Origin: a virus
Taxonomy: Duplodnaviria > Caudoviricetes
Direction: 5' to 3' (one strand)
Length of the DNA: 31,850 nucleotides
Virus record (IMG/VR): IMGVR_UViG_3300044541_000026
Coordinates: 1-31,850 of that record
The first letter of the stretch is position 1. Each line of letters opens with the position of its first letter. The position numbers and the translations under genes are program-made. The notes under the pieces were generated by a model. It did no database searches. It was not told where the DNA came from and saw nothing but the letters and a program-made list of their open reading frames with translations. Shown here in pieces: positions 1-7,671 of the stretch.

Positions 1-177
1 GGGGTGATAGCTGTCCGGCCCCGTGATGTTGATGATCAACGTGAGGCCCACCGACCCCTGCCCGCGGTCATAGTCGTCCTCCAACGCGAAGCGGTAGCCG
101 CCCCTGTATTGGAATACGTCAAGCAGCTCGCGCAACGCCATCGGATACGGCGCCACCTGAGTCATCACATCACCCAT
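1..177 (-). CDS. Hypothetical phage protein (N-terminal part; runs off the window edge)
   Basis: ATG at 177 follows CCGAGGAG. Frame MGDVMTQVAPYPMALRELLDVFQYRGGYRFALEDDYDRGQGSVGLTLIINITGPDSYHP is open to position 1. Not in the supplied ORF track. Confidence 0.75.
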   Translation of the reverse strand, partial: MGDVMTQVAPYPMALRELLDVFQYRGGYRFALEDDYDRGQGSVGLTLIINITGPDSYHP

Positions 178-191
178 CACAACTCCTCGGT

Positions 192-551
192 TTATGCCCT
201 GGCCAGGGCGTCATTGACCCACACGCTCATTCGCTCGAAGTCCGTCGACAGCGACACCCGGCCCGCACACCCGTTGCAACGTTGCGCCCACCGTGCCCAG
301 CGGTCAACATCACCATCACCCACGAAACTCGGGCGCTCGTTCCGGTCTAGCTCGGCGAAGATCATGTTGCATCGGCCGCACAACAGTCCGCGAATCCATC
401 CGTGCGCATGGCAGTGATCCCACGCGTTACCCCAGCGAGAGCAGGCCTGGCACTTGATCGTCTGCCGCGGGATGCGTGGCACGAGCTGCGACCGGTATAG
501 AACGTTGCGACCTGCGGCCAGATCGGCCAGAAGCGTTGGTACATAAGGCAT
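192..551 (-). CDS. Recombination endonuclease VII-like (His-Me finger) nuclease
   Basis: CQAC...DHCH.HGWIRGLLCGRCN matches the EndoVII signature. Confidence 0.85.
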   Translation of the reverse strand: MPYVPTLLADLAAGRNVLYRSQLVPRIPRQTIKCQACSRWGNAWDHCHAHGWIRGLLCGRCNMIFAELDRNERPSFVGDGDVDRWARWAQRCNGCAGRVSLSTDFERMSVWVNDALARA

Positions 552-790
552 TGGGGCTCCTCGGGTGGACGCCGAAAGCGTTGCGGGACAACAGATTCAG
601 CGCGCCGCACGATATCACACAGCGTGACCGGCAGATATTTTCGGGGGTCGATAAATCCCGAACAGGCTTGCCTGTTTGGGCCTTGATCGGCGCTAAAAAT
701 TTGCGACGTTTGCGCTGAATCCCTTACGTACCAACGCTTCTAGCGCGCTGCATTGTGCGCTGGATCTGTTGCGTACCAACGCTTCTGGCG
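525..790. repeat. Four 34-bp repeats (core CAACGCTT), two leftward (525-558, 570-603) and two rightward (712-745, 757-790), around a central palindrome at 657-680; candidate cos/pac locus
   Basis: Manual alignment; spacing is 45 bp in both arms; lies just downstream of the HNH gene region. Confidence 0.8.
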
Positions 791-834
791 CTTGATGTGC
801 GTGCGTGGTTGTGTTGGTGTGTAAGGGTTGTAGC

Positions 835-1452
835 TCAGCAGTCGTATGGGATGGATGGCTCGATGCGGTGCTGTCCGTGTGGGTGGGTCGGTGGTAGCAG
901 GTCGTTGGCCTCACCCTGTGTCACCTGGTACTCGTCCAGCCCTGCGTACGCATGGCCCGATGGCACGTCAGCATCCTTGATCACCTCGGGGCCAGGCTCA
1001 CCCTCCCAGCGGTAGCCACCCGCTGGCATGATGTCGGTCTTGGGTGCGAAGACGCTGCCCTCCGGTACGAGCGCCGGACCGCTGGCCTGCAGCCCACCCG
1101 TGGCCACGGTGCCGGGGTAGGTGGGCTCGGCACTGTGCCAGACCATGCCTTCACGCTGGACCATGGGCCCGGGTACCCGCTCGGGTAGCGGGCGGTTGGT
1201 CAACGGGTCGGGCCTGTCCCCGTACGGATCTAGGTGGATGGCGCGCGCACTGGTGGCCACGATGCGGGTCTGACCGTTGTGCCCGTGGATGCGTTCGACG
1301 TCGGCCATGTGTGCGTATATGACGGTCGACCCGATGTTGCCGAGCCAGCGGAGTGCGACGGTGCCGTCATCGAAGGCGACGCCTTGGGCGACGACGCCGG
1401 TACCGCTGACCCCGGTCTCGTCGACGTCGCGGTGTAGCTCGAACGTGTACAT
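835..1452 (-). CDS. Hypothetical protein: actinophage-type N-terminal domain plus Pro/Gly-rich extension
   Basis: GAGGAGG RBS; N-terminus F.L.R..D.TGVSGTGVVA.GV.F.DG.VALRW...IHGHNG.TRIV. Confidence 0.8.
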   Translation of the reverse strand: MYTFELHRDVDETGVSGTGVVAQGVAFDDGTVALRWLGNIGSTVIYAHMADVERIHGHNGQTRIVATSARAIHLDPYGDRPDPLTNRPLPERVPGPMVQREGMVWHSAEPTYPGTVATGGLQASGPALVPEGSVFAPKTDIMPAGGYRWEGEPGPEVIKDADVPSGHAYAGLDEYQVTQGEANDLLPPTHPHGQHRIEPSIPYDC

Positions 1453-1512
1453 GGCGGTTGTCCTCCTCGTTTGGGTGCCCCGTCCCGCGTGTGTGGCTAA
1501 CGGTGCGTGGCG

Positions 1513-1518
1513 AGCATA
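1513..1518 (-). promoter_or_regulatory. Possible -10 element TATGCT upstream of the 835-1452 gene
   Basis: TANNNT hexamer in intergenic DNA; no clear -35. Confidence 0.25.
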
Positions 1519-1581
1519 GCTATCCGTGGGTGATGCATCGGCCGGGCCTGAGATCTTGGCTTAGCGTGGCGCTGGGCGTGG

Positions 1582-1896
1582 TCACCAGTGACGTGATCGT
1601 GGTGACGTGGCCGGTGGTAGGCGGCGGCCGCCCTTGGATTGGTTGCACAGCCGGCCGCAGGTGGGGCAGGGGTTGTTGATGCGCTGGTGCTGGTTGGTCA
1701 TGGTGCCGTGGGCTGGCTGAAGGTTGTCGATGTCGTCGAGCCCGGGCACACCGGGTGGCCAGTCGCGGTGGCTGACGATGTGGTCGACGGTCAGCGATCC
1801 GCCGTGGTGGCAGATGCCGCACTCGTCGCTGGCGGCCAACACGAGCGCCTTGAGGCGGCGATAGCCGGTGTGTCCGCTGGTGGGTGAGCCGCCCAT
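1582..1896 (-). CDS. HNH endonuclease (packaging-associated type)
   Basis: CGIC...TVDHIV...DIDNLQPAH...CPTCGRLCNQSKG; size and position are typical of an HNH gene near the genome end. Confidence 0.88.
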   Translation of the reverse strand: MGGSPTSGHTGYRRLKALVLAASDECGICHHGGSLTVDHIVSHRDWPPGVPGLDDIDNLQPAHGTMTNQHQRINNPCPTCGRLCNQSKGGRRLPPATSPRSRHW

Positions 1897-1899
1897 GGG

Positions 1900-3576
1900 T
1901 CAGCCCATGCCACCGCTCGTGGTTGTTGATCCACCGAGGCCACCGACCATGGCTGATCTTGTATCCAGTTGCCCGGCGTTTGCTGCGCCACCGTCGAGCG
2001 CCGTCCCGGTGGTCGTGCCGCCGAACGTCCCCGTGGTGGCGCCGGATCCGTCGAGCCCGATGAGTGCGGGTGTGTAGGCGGCGATCGCGTCCGCCCCAGC
2101 GCCGAGCGCACCAACGCCGGCCAGGGTGGCGGCAGCTCGGGCGGCGACGATCACCGCGGCGAGCAGGTTGCCCACGCCGGCCAGGCTCGTGCCCGCGATC
2201 ACCTTGGTCTGGGCCATGACCGCGGTGAACGTGCCGGTGCCGGCGAGGGTGGTCGTGGTGACCTTGGTTTGGGTGATGCTGGCGAGCAGGACACCCGTGC
2301 CGTCGAGCGTGGTCGCGATCAGTTTGGGTGGGGTGCCGGTGACCGCGTCAGCGGTGAACGTGCCGGTGCCGGCGAGCGTCGTGGTCGTGACTTCGGTTTG
2401 GACCACCGCGGCGAGTAGGACGCCCGTGCCGGCCAGGCTCGCCGCGGTGGCGAACTGGGTCCGCGTCGCCGCCGCCAGTAGAGCACCCGTTCCGGCGAGC
2501 GTCGTCGCGATCACCTTGGTCTGGGTGATCGCCGCGGACATGGTGCCGGTACCCGCCAGCGATGCGGCCGAAGCGACCTCGGTTTGGACCACGCCAGCCA
2601 GGAGCGCCCCGGTGCCGGCCAACGTCGCATCGATCTGCTTGGTCTTCAACGCGTCGGCGGCGAGGGTGCCGGTGCCGTCAAGTGACGCGGCGGTGGCGAA
2701 CTGTGTGCGGGTCGCGGCAGCGATCAACGCACCAGTGCCGGCGAGGGTCGTCGCGGTGGTGAAGCGTTCAACGCTCGCCCCGGCGATGAGCGCCCCGGTG
2801 CCGTCGAGCGTCGCGTCGATGTTCTGCGTGACACCGCCAGTGCTGACCGGCAGGAACGCGACCACTAGAACGTTGGTCCTCAGCACTCCGGCGGCCTGCG
2901 TGAACGTCGCCGCGATCGGGTCGGGCGTGACCTGGGTCAACTCCTCCATGAAGTCGCCCGTACCGCCATCGCTGTATCGCAACGTGAAACCGCTACCGGC
3001 CGCCGTAGTGCCCAGGCCGTTCGTCTGCAGGGTTGCGCCGACGATCCATTCGCCCGGCTGTGTCGTGGTCACCGCTGGGGAGCTGATCGCGTCGACGGCG
3101 CCGCCGTTCGTCGTGTCGAGCACACCCGCGTGCTGATCCACCGCACCGGTCGGCAGGCCCTCGATCGCGAGTACGTCCTTGGCGGATGTGGTGACGTTGA
3201 ACGTGACCGTGATGGCGTTGACGGCCGGGATCGACAGTGCGCCGACACAGACGTACATCGACCCGTCTTGGTTAGATGCCGGGTCGTGGACGGTATCGGT
3301 CAGCGTGTAGACGTTCGCGGTGCCGTCGCTGACGCCCGTGACGACCTGGGTGCCGCCGCTCGTGTCCCACGAGACGGCAACGACGATCGTGGCGCCGGCT
3401 TTGGTGTCGGCGTTGAACGATGTCGCGGTCGTGGTGGCTGACGGGTTGGTGTGATTCGCCGGAGTCGTGGCCTGTACGAAGTATGGCGGCGCTGGCCGGC
3501 TGATCGTCAGCGGGTCCAGGAACGCGCCCGGGTGCGGCGGGCCGGGTGTGAAGGGTACGAACGCGACGGCGGGCAT
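1900..3576 (-). CDS. Putative fibre/structural protein with a beta-rich N-terminal domain and about 12 repeats of 25-26 aa
   Basis: 558 aa, rich in T/A/G/V; repeated [AT][TS]L[AD]G[TV]G motif. Confidence 0.7.
   Translation of the reverse strand: MPAVAFVPFTPGPPHPGAFLDPLTISRPAPPYFVQATTPANHTNPSATTTATSFNADTKAGATIVVAVSWDTSGGTQVVTGVSDGTANVYTLTDTVHDPASNQDGSMYVCVGALSIPAVNAITVTFNVTTSAKDVLAIEGLPTGAVDQHAGVLDTTNGGAVDAISSPAVTTTQPGEWIVGATLQTNGLGTTAAGSGFTLRYSDGGTGDFMEELTQVTPDPIAATFTQAAGVLRTNVLVVAFLPVSTGGVTQNIDATLDGTGALIAGASVERFTTATTLAGTGALIAAATRTQFATAASLDGTGTLAADALKTKQIDATLAGTGALLAGVVQTEVASAASLAGTGTMSAAITQTKVIATTLAGTGALLAAATRTQFATAASLAGTGVLLAAVVQTEVTTTTLAGTGTFTADAVTGTPPKLIATTLDGTGVLLASITQTKVTTTTLAGTGTFTAVMAQTKVIAGTSLAGVGNLLAAVIVAARAAATLAGVGALGAGADAIAAYTPALIGLDGSGATTGTFGGTTTGTALDGGAANAGQLDTRSAMVGGLGGSTTTSGGMG
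2040..2830 (-). repeat. Coding tandem repeat (about 75-78 bp unit) encoding the LxGTG repeats
   Basis: Recurring GTGCCGGTGCCGGCGAG / CCCGTGCCGTCGAG blocks; the peptide AAATRTQFATAASL occurs twice. Confidence 0.85.
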
Positions 3577-3587
3577 GGCCGTCGGCC

Positions 3588-4145
3588 CTAGTTAAGCGAC
3601 CGGAGCGACGTCCACTGCGCCGCGATCGTGTTCGACGCGGACGCCGCACCCCAGGTCACATCGAGCAGCAGACCCTGGTTGATCGTGTGGTCCGCGGTCG
3701 CCAGGACTGTGCCGCCGATACCGAGGTCGACGTCGAGCCCGGCGGCGGCACCCTGGAAGCTCATCTGGCCGTTGCCGGTGACGGTGGCACCGGCGGCGGC
3801 GATGCCCAGCGCCCGGACCGCCAGCACGAACCGGCCGAACCATGAGGCGGCGGTGACCGACGATGGCAGCGCTGTCGTGCGCGATGCGCCGAGCGCAGCG
3901 TTCGACGATGGGGTTGCCGATGTGCCCAGGGTCGGGTTGACGATGATCGTCGGCGTCGCGGTGGTGCTGTAGACGCCGCCACACAGCAGCTCGTAAAGCT
4001 TGCCGGGTTGCATGTCCAGGGCCGGGATCGGTGTCCACAGCGCCGGCACCCACAGGTTCGTGCGGGTGACGGTGTTCGCGACGGGTGTGTGTGATGCGGG
4101 TGGCGCGCCGACGATGTCGCCGCCGGTGAACGTCTGCCGAGCCAT
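3588..4145 (-). CDS. Putative virion structural protein (beta-rich)
   Basis: 185 aa, rich in T/A/G/S; tightly packed with the neighbouring fibre-like genes. Confidence 0.65.
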   Translation of the reverse strand: MARQTFTGGDIVGAPPASHTPVANTVTRTNLWVPALWTPIPALDMQPGKLYELLCGGVYSTTATPTIIVNPTLGTSATPSSNAALGASRTTALPSSVTAASWFGRFVLAVRALGIAAAGATVTGNGQMSFQGAAAGLDVDLGIGGTVLATADHTINQGLLLDVTWGAASASNTIAAQWTSLRSLN

Positions 4146-4148
4146 GGC

Positions 4149-4928
4149 TCAGGCCGCCACTGGCACGAGCGAGATCGACGCCGAGGTCAGGGTGAGCGTG
4201 TCACCGGTGTTGACCGTCCGCGACGCGGTCAGCGTGAACGACGCGTAGAACGTGCCCGCCGACGATGCCGAGAACAGGGCGAGGTGCGAGACGACTTCGC
4301 CGTTCGTGCCGGCCCAGTTCGTCCAGGACACCGACAGCGACAGCGAGATCAGGCGTGGTGTCGTGCCCGATGGCGCCGACCAGGTGATCGAGTTGCGGGT
4401 GGTGACCGATGAGACGGCGGTGGTGCCGGCGGCGCCCGGGTCGGCGGTGTGTAGCTCGATGAACTGGCCTGCGGCGCCGGTGAACGTGGTGCCGCGGAGG
4501 ACGTTGAGCCACGCGTCGATCGTGTTGGTCGAACTGAATCCGACGGTGGCGAGCTGCAGACGACCGAGCAGCAACGCGAGGATCAGGGTCGCACCGACGA
4601 TGACCTTCAGCAGTGCACTGCCGCGCTTGGTGTCGGCATCGTCCATCACCCGATCGCAGTCGCCCGTGGGGCACCCGACGCTGGCGCAGCAGTCCATGTG
4701 TCGGTCGTTGACCGAGCGGTCCAGGAAGTCCATCACCAGCCGGGCGTGTACGTCACCGTCGACGTCGCCGAGCGCTTCGATGTTGTGTTCGAGCGTCACC
4801 AGCTCGTGAGCGAGGTGGCTGACGAACTCGTCGGTGCCACCGGCGAACGTGTGACGTGGGTGGTCGTCGACGCCGAAACAGATGTCACAGACGCGGAGCG
4901 CTCGTCCACCGCCGATCAGCTTGACCAT
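4149..4928 (-). CDS. Fusion of a Cys/His metal-binding domain and a tail-fibre-associated structural domain
   Basis: N-terminal CDIC..DDHPRH...HMDCC...C...C; C-terminal IELHTADPG...R..ITW...SHLALFSA..AGTF...LTASRTV..GDTLT pattern. Confidence 0.7.
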   Translation of the reverse strand: MVKLIGGGRALRVCDICFGVDDHPRHTFAGGTDEFVSHLAHELVTLEHNIEALGDVDGDVHARLVMDFLDRSVNDRHMDCCASVGCPTGDCDRVMDDADTKRGSALLKVIVGATLILALLLGRLQLATVGFSSTNTIDAWLNVLRGTTFTGAAGQFIELHTADPGAAGTTAVSSVTTRNSITWSAPSGTTPRLISLSLSVSWTNWAGTNGEVVSHLALFSASSAGTFYASFTLTASRTVNTGDTLTLTSASISLVPVAA

Positions 4929-4973
4929 CGCAACCCGCCCATGTCAGCTCCGTCCGTGGTCGGTGGGTGAGAC

Positions 4974-5042
4974 GAGCCCCCGGCCGATCATCCCTCGCCG
5001 CCGACAAGCGGTGCGGATGATCGACCGGCCGGGGTGAAGCTC
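4974..5042. terminator. Long imperfect hairpin between the methyltransferase and the structural cassette
   Basis: CCCCGGCCGATCATCC pairs with GGATGATCG-ACC-GGCCGGGG; inner CCGC/GCGG stem. Confidence 0.55.
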
Positions 5043-5096
5043 GGCCCGAACTACCAGGTCCCCGGTTTTTCCGCGGCCCCTCGGCGGTGTCAGCGC

Positions 5097-6443
5097 CTAC
5101 TCACCACGGACAGGTTCGCCCGCATCGTACGCCGCGATCGCGTCGAGATCTCGCAGCTCGTCCATGAGGTCGCGTTGCCCTTCGATCTGCGCCGGTGGCC
5201 GCAGGACGTCGAGCGCCTTCGCGATCTCGACCGGATCCTCGGTGCGCCACTTCGCCAGCTTGCCGTAGTCGCCCGACATGTCGACCGAGATGCCCACGCG
5301 GTTCATCGCGGCGGCGACGAGCGCTGTCGTGCCACTGCCACCGAACGGGTCGAGCACGACCGCGCGGCGGGTGGGTGCGTCGACGTTGGGGCATCGGCAT
5401 ATGTGCCCGATGACGTGCCGCTTGGTCTCGCCGCGGATCCCGGCCCGGCCATCGGGTTTGTTGGGCACCATCGTCACCCGCCCATTGTGCTGCCCACCGA
5501 TGACGCGTTCGGACTCGACGCGCAGACGCCGACCCTCCCCGCAACGGGTGCAGATCCCCGAGGGTGACCACCCGGCGGTGAAGCGTTTGGGCCACTCCAT
5601 CGGGAACGCGGCGTAATGGTCGGTGAGGTTGAGATGCGCCGGGACGAGCAGCGGTTCCGATGCGACCTCCCACACCGAGCCGGGTAGCTTGCCCAACGGG
5701 TTCGGTGCATCGGGTCCACCGTCACCACGGGCGATCGATCGTTGATGGGCGGTGTTCGTGATCCCAGCCAGGGCCCGCCCGGTGTTGCGCTGCAGCAGGC
5801 GGTAACGCTTCTCGGTGACCGTGCCGTCACCCGCGTACGGCTCGCGGATCGCGTCGGTCGCGGCGTAGTACCGCGGCGACTTGGTGAGGTGAAACCACTG
5901 CTCGTGGGAACGCTTCACCCGGTCGAGCACCGACTCGGGCAGGCAGTTCACCTTCGACCAGATGATCTCCGATCGGAGCGTCAGCCCGAGTCGGTCGATG
6001 CACCCGATCGCGTAGCGCCAGGGCAAACCGATCAACGACTTGTCGCGGACGTCATCGAACGAGCGCCGAGCGCGTGGGATCCGGGCGAGGTCGCGGTCAC
6101 GGATCGATGGTGTCCCGGCCAGCGTCGTCGAACCGGTGCCGTTGTTGTTCGGTGAGTCGCTGCCCGCGTACTTGTCGCCCAGGTTCACGAACATCGACCC
6201 CGATGGCTTCAGGACGCGGGCCCATTCACGGGTCGCGTCGATCAACGATTCGATGTAGAGCCGCGGTGATGCCTCGGCGCCGATCTGCCCGTCGTAGGCC
6301 ACCCCGTCGTCCTCGTAATCGCGCAGCGCCCAGTACGGCGGCGAGGTGACGATCAGGTCGACCGAGTCGTCGGGGAGCGCCAGCGAACGGGTGTCGCACT
6401 GCAGCAGCACCACCGACCCGGGTAGCCGCTCGACGTCAGGCAT
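5097..6443 (-). CDS. Site-specific DNA methyltransferase (N4-C/N6-A family, beta motif order) with Zn-ribbon insertion
   Basis: DLIVTSPPY catalytic motif precedes the VLDPFGGSGTT SAM motif; CTRCG...CRC insert; ATG at 6443 after GGAGG. Confidence 0.92.
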   Translation of the reverse strand: MPDVERLPGSVVLLQCDTRSLALPDDSVDLIVTSPPYWALRDYEDDGVAYDGQIGAEASPRLYIESLIDATREWARVLKPSGSMFVNLGDKYAGSDSPNNNGTGSTTLAGTPSIRDRDLARIPRARRSFDDVRDKSLIGLPWRYAIGCIDRLGLTLRSEIIWSKVNCLPESVLDRVKRSHEQWFHLTKSPRYYAATDAIREPYAGDGTVTEKRYRLLQRNTGRALAGITNTAHQRSIARGDGGPDAPNPLGKLPGSVWEVASEPLLVPAHLNLTDHYAAFPMEWPKRFTAGWSPSGICTRCGEGRRLRVESERVIGGQHNGRVTMVPNKPDGRAGIRGETKRHVIGHICRCPNVDAPTRRAVVLDPFGGSGTTALVAAAMNRVGISVDMSGDYGKLAKWRTEDPVEIAKALDVLRPPAQIEGQRDLMDELRDLDAIAAYDAGEPVRGE

Positions 6444-6795
6444 AGAACCCGCCCTCCTGCGATGGTGGCTCGACCTCGGTGAAGCCACCGATGCGTCGGA
6501 TGATGCGCAGGTGGTTCGTCGAGTACGTGTCGGCGAACCCGCGACAGATCGCCGGCTCGATGTCGTCACGGTAGATGGTCGAGTGGCAGATCACGAACGC
6601 CTCGGCGTCGAGCGCCTCGGCGATCAGTAGGCGGATCGTCTCGGCCGGCACGTCGATCTGCCCATCACCTGGTGATCGCATGATGCACGAGCTGCAGCGC
6701 TCGCGAAGCAACCGCGGACGATTGTCGGGGCCGTACACGATGAACGAGCGGGCCATCTCGTCGTCCTCGACGTCGATCGCGTAGTCGTCGGTCAT
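6436..6795 (-). CDS. Hypothetical Zn-binding protein
   Basis: CSSC...ICH...ICRG motif; overlaps both neighbours. Confidence 0.8.
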   Translation of the reverse strand: MTDDYAIDVEDDEMARSFIVYGPDNRPRLLRERCSSCIMRSPGDGQIDVPAETIRLLIAEALDAEAFVICHSTIYRDDIEPAICRGFADTYSTNHLRIIRRIGGFTEVEPPSQEGGFYA

Positions 6796-7379
6796 GTGGA
6801 TCGCTTCCCTTTCCGGGTGGGTTTGCGTAGGCCCAGCGATTCGAGCATCTGCTCAACATCGGCGGGCGGGGTAGTTGTCGGGGCGAGTGGCCAGAGGCCC
6901 GAATCGGGGGCCTCGCGCGCGCGCGCGTGGGCGCGCACTACCCCGTTAGGGGTGGGGTACACGTCATCCTGGGTGACCTGTTGACGGACGCCGTTTGACC
7001 TGTTGACGCCGTCCGTCAATACGTCAGCATGGGTGACCTGTTGACGTTCGAGTGGTGTCAACAGGTCATCATGGGTGACCTGTTGACCAGGTGCCGCTAG
7101 ATCGTAGATCGTGGATGTCGGCTTGGCTGTGCCGCGGGCGTGACCGCGCTCGTGTACGACGATCCAACCCTCGGCCCGTAGCTGACGCGTGGCGCGTTGA
7201 ACGGTCGACACCGACAGCCCAGTCACCGCGGCGAGCCAGGGCACACCAGCGAGCGCCCGGGTGCCATCCACCCGTGCCTGCCCGACGATCGCCAGCGCCA
7301 CCAGGGCACGGCTCGACGAGATGCCTGGGCGACCATCGATCGCCCAGGCAGCAAGCCAGTCTCTCCGCGTCGTTGGCAC
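6792..7379 (-). CDS. Winged-HTH replication initiator-like protein
   Basis: GTG at 7379 after GAGGTG; HTH WLAAVTGLSVSTVQRATRQLRAEGWI...Y; internal DNA repeats; ARAR motif. Confidence 0.75.
   Translation of the reverse strand: MPTTRRDWLAAWAIDGRPGISSSRALVALAIVGQARVDGTRALAGVPWLAAVTGLSVSTVQRATRQLRAEGWIVVHERGHARGTAKPTSTIYDLAAPGQQVTHDDLLTPLERQQVTHADVLTDGVNRSNGVRQQVTQDDVYPTPNGVVRAHARAREAPDSGLWPLAPTTTPPADVEQMLESLGLRKPTRKGKRST
6974..7087. repeat. Iterons: five copies of TGACCTGTTGAC (6974, 6996, 7034, 7076 direct; 7057 inverted); putative replication origin
   Basis: Exact 12-mer repeats inside the initiator gene, a lambda O-like arrangement. Confidence 0.85.
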
Positions 7380-7386
7380 GCGGCCA

Positions 7387-7671
7387 TCACCTCGAACCCG
7401 ACGGGTACCGCTCCTTGATCGTCGCCCGGTACGCGTCGGCGAGGGCCTGCGCCGGTTCCGCCGGCGGGTCGACCATCGTGGCGAGTACGAGACACAGTTG
7501 CGGCCACCGGTCGGGGTCTGGGACCAAGGCGACCAACCACGCCGCGGCACGATCCCGCGACATGATGCCGACCGCCGTGACCACCGCGTCGGCGAGTGCA
7601 TAGATCTCCGCGTCTGTGTCGGGTGGCCCGGGGTCGAGCGGCCACCCGTTGGGCGGTTGCTCCGACGCCAT
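7387..7671 (-). CDS. Hypothetical protein
   Basis: 94 aa; TGATG coupling with the upstream gene. Confidence 0.7.
   Translation of the reverse strand: MASEQPPNGWPLDPGPPDTDAEIYALADAVVTAVGIMSRDRAAAWLVALVPDPDRWPQLCLVLATMVDPPAEPAQALADAYRATIKERYPSGSR

Noticed and set aside
525-790. CRISPR mini-array interpretation of the 34-bp repeats
   Set aside because: Gaps are only 11 bp, the copies are degenerate and in opposite orientations, and no cas genes were seen.
2126-3136. 336-aa plus-strand ORF and other long antisense ORFs (e.g. 29611-30522, 15977-16747, 11129-11902)
   Set aside because: Shadow frames of GC-rich minus-strand genes, with no RBS or recognisable motifs.
1900-3576. Diversity-generating retroelement or invertible tail-fibre system
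   Set aside because: No reverse transcriptase or invertase and no adenine-specific TR/VR pair; the repeats are ordinary coding tandem repeats.
6792-7601. ORF-track start at 7601 for the initiator
   Set aside because: It overlaps the 7387-7671 gene with Arg-rich off-frame sequence; GTG at 7379 has a good RBS.
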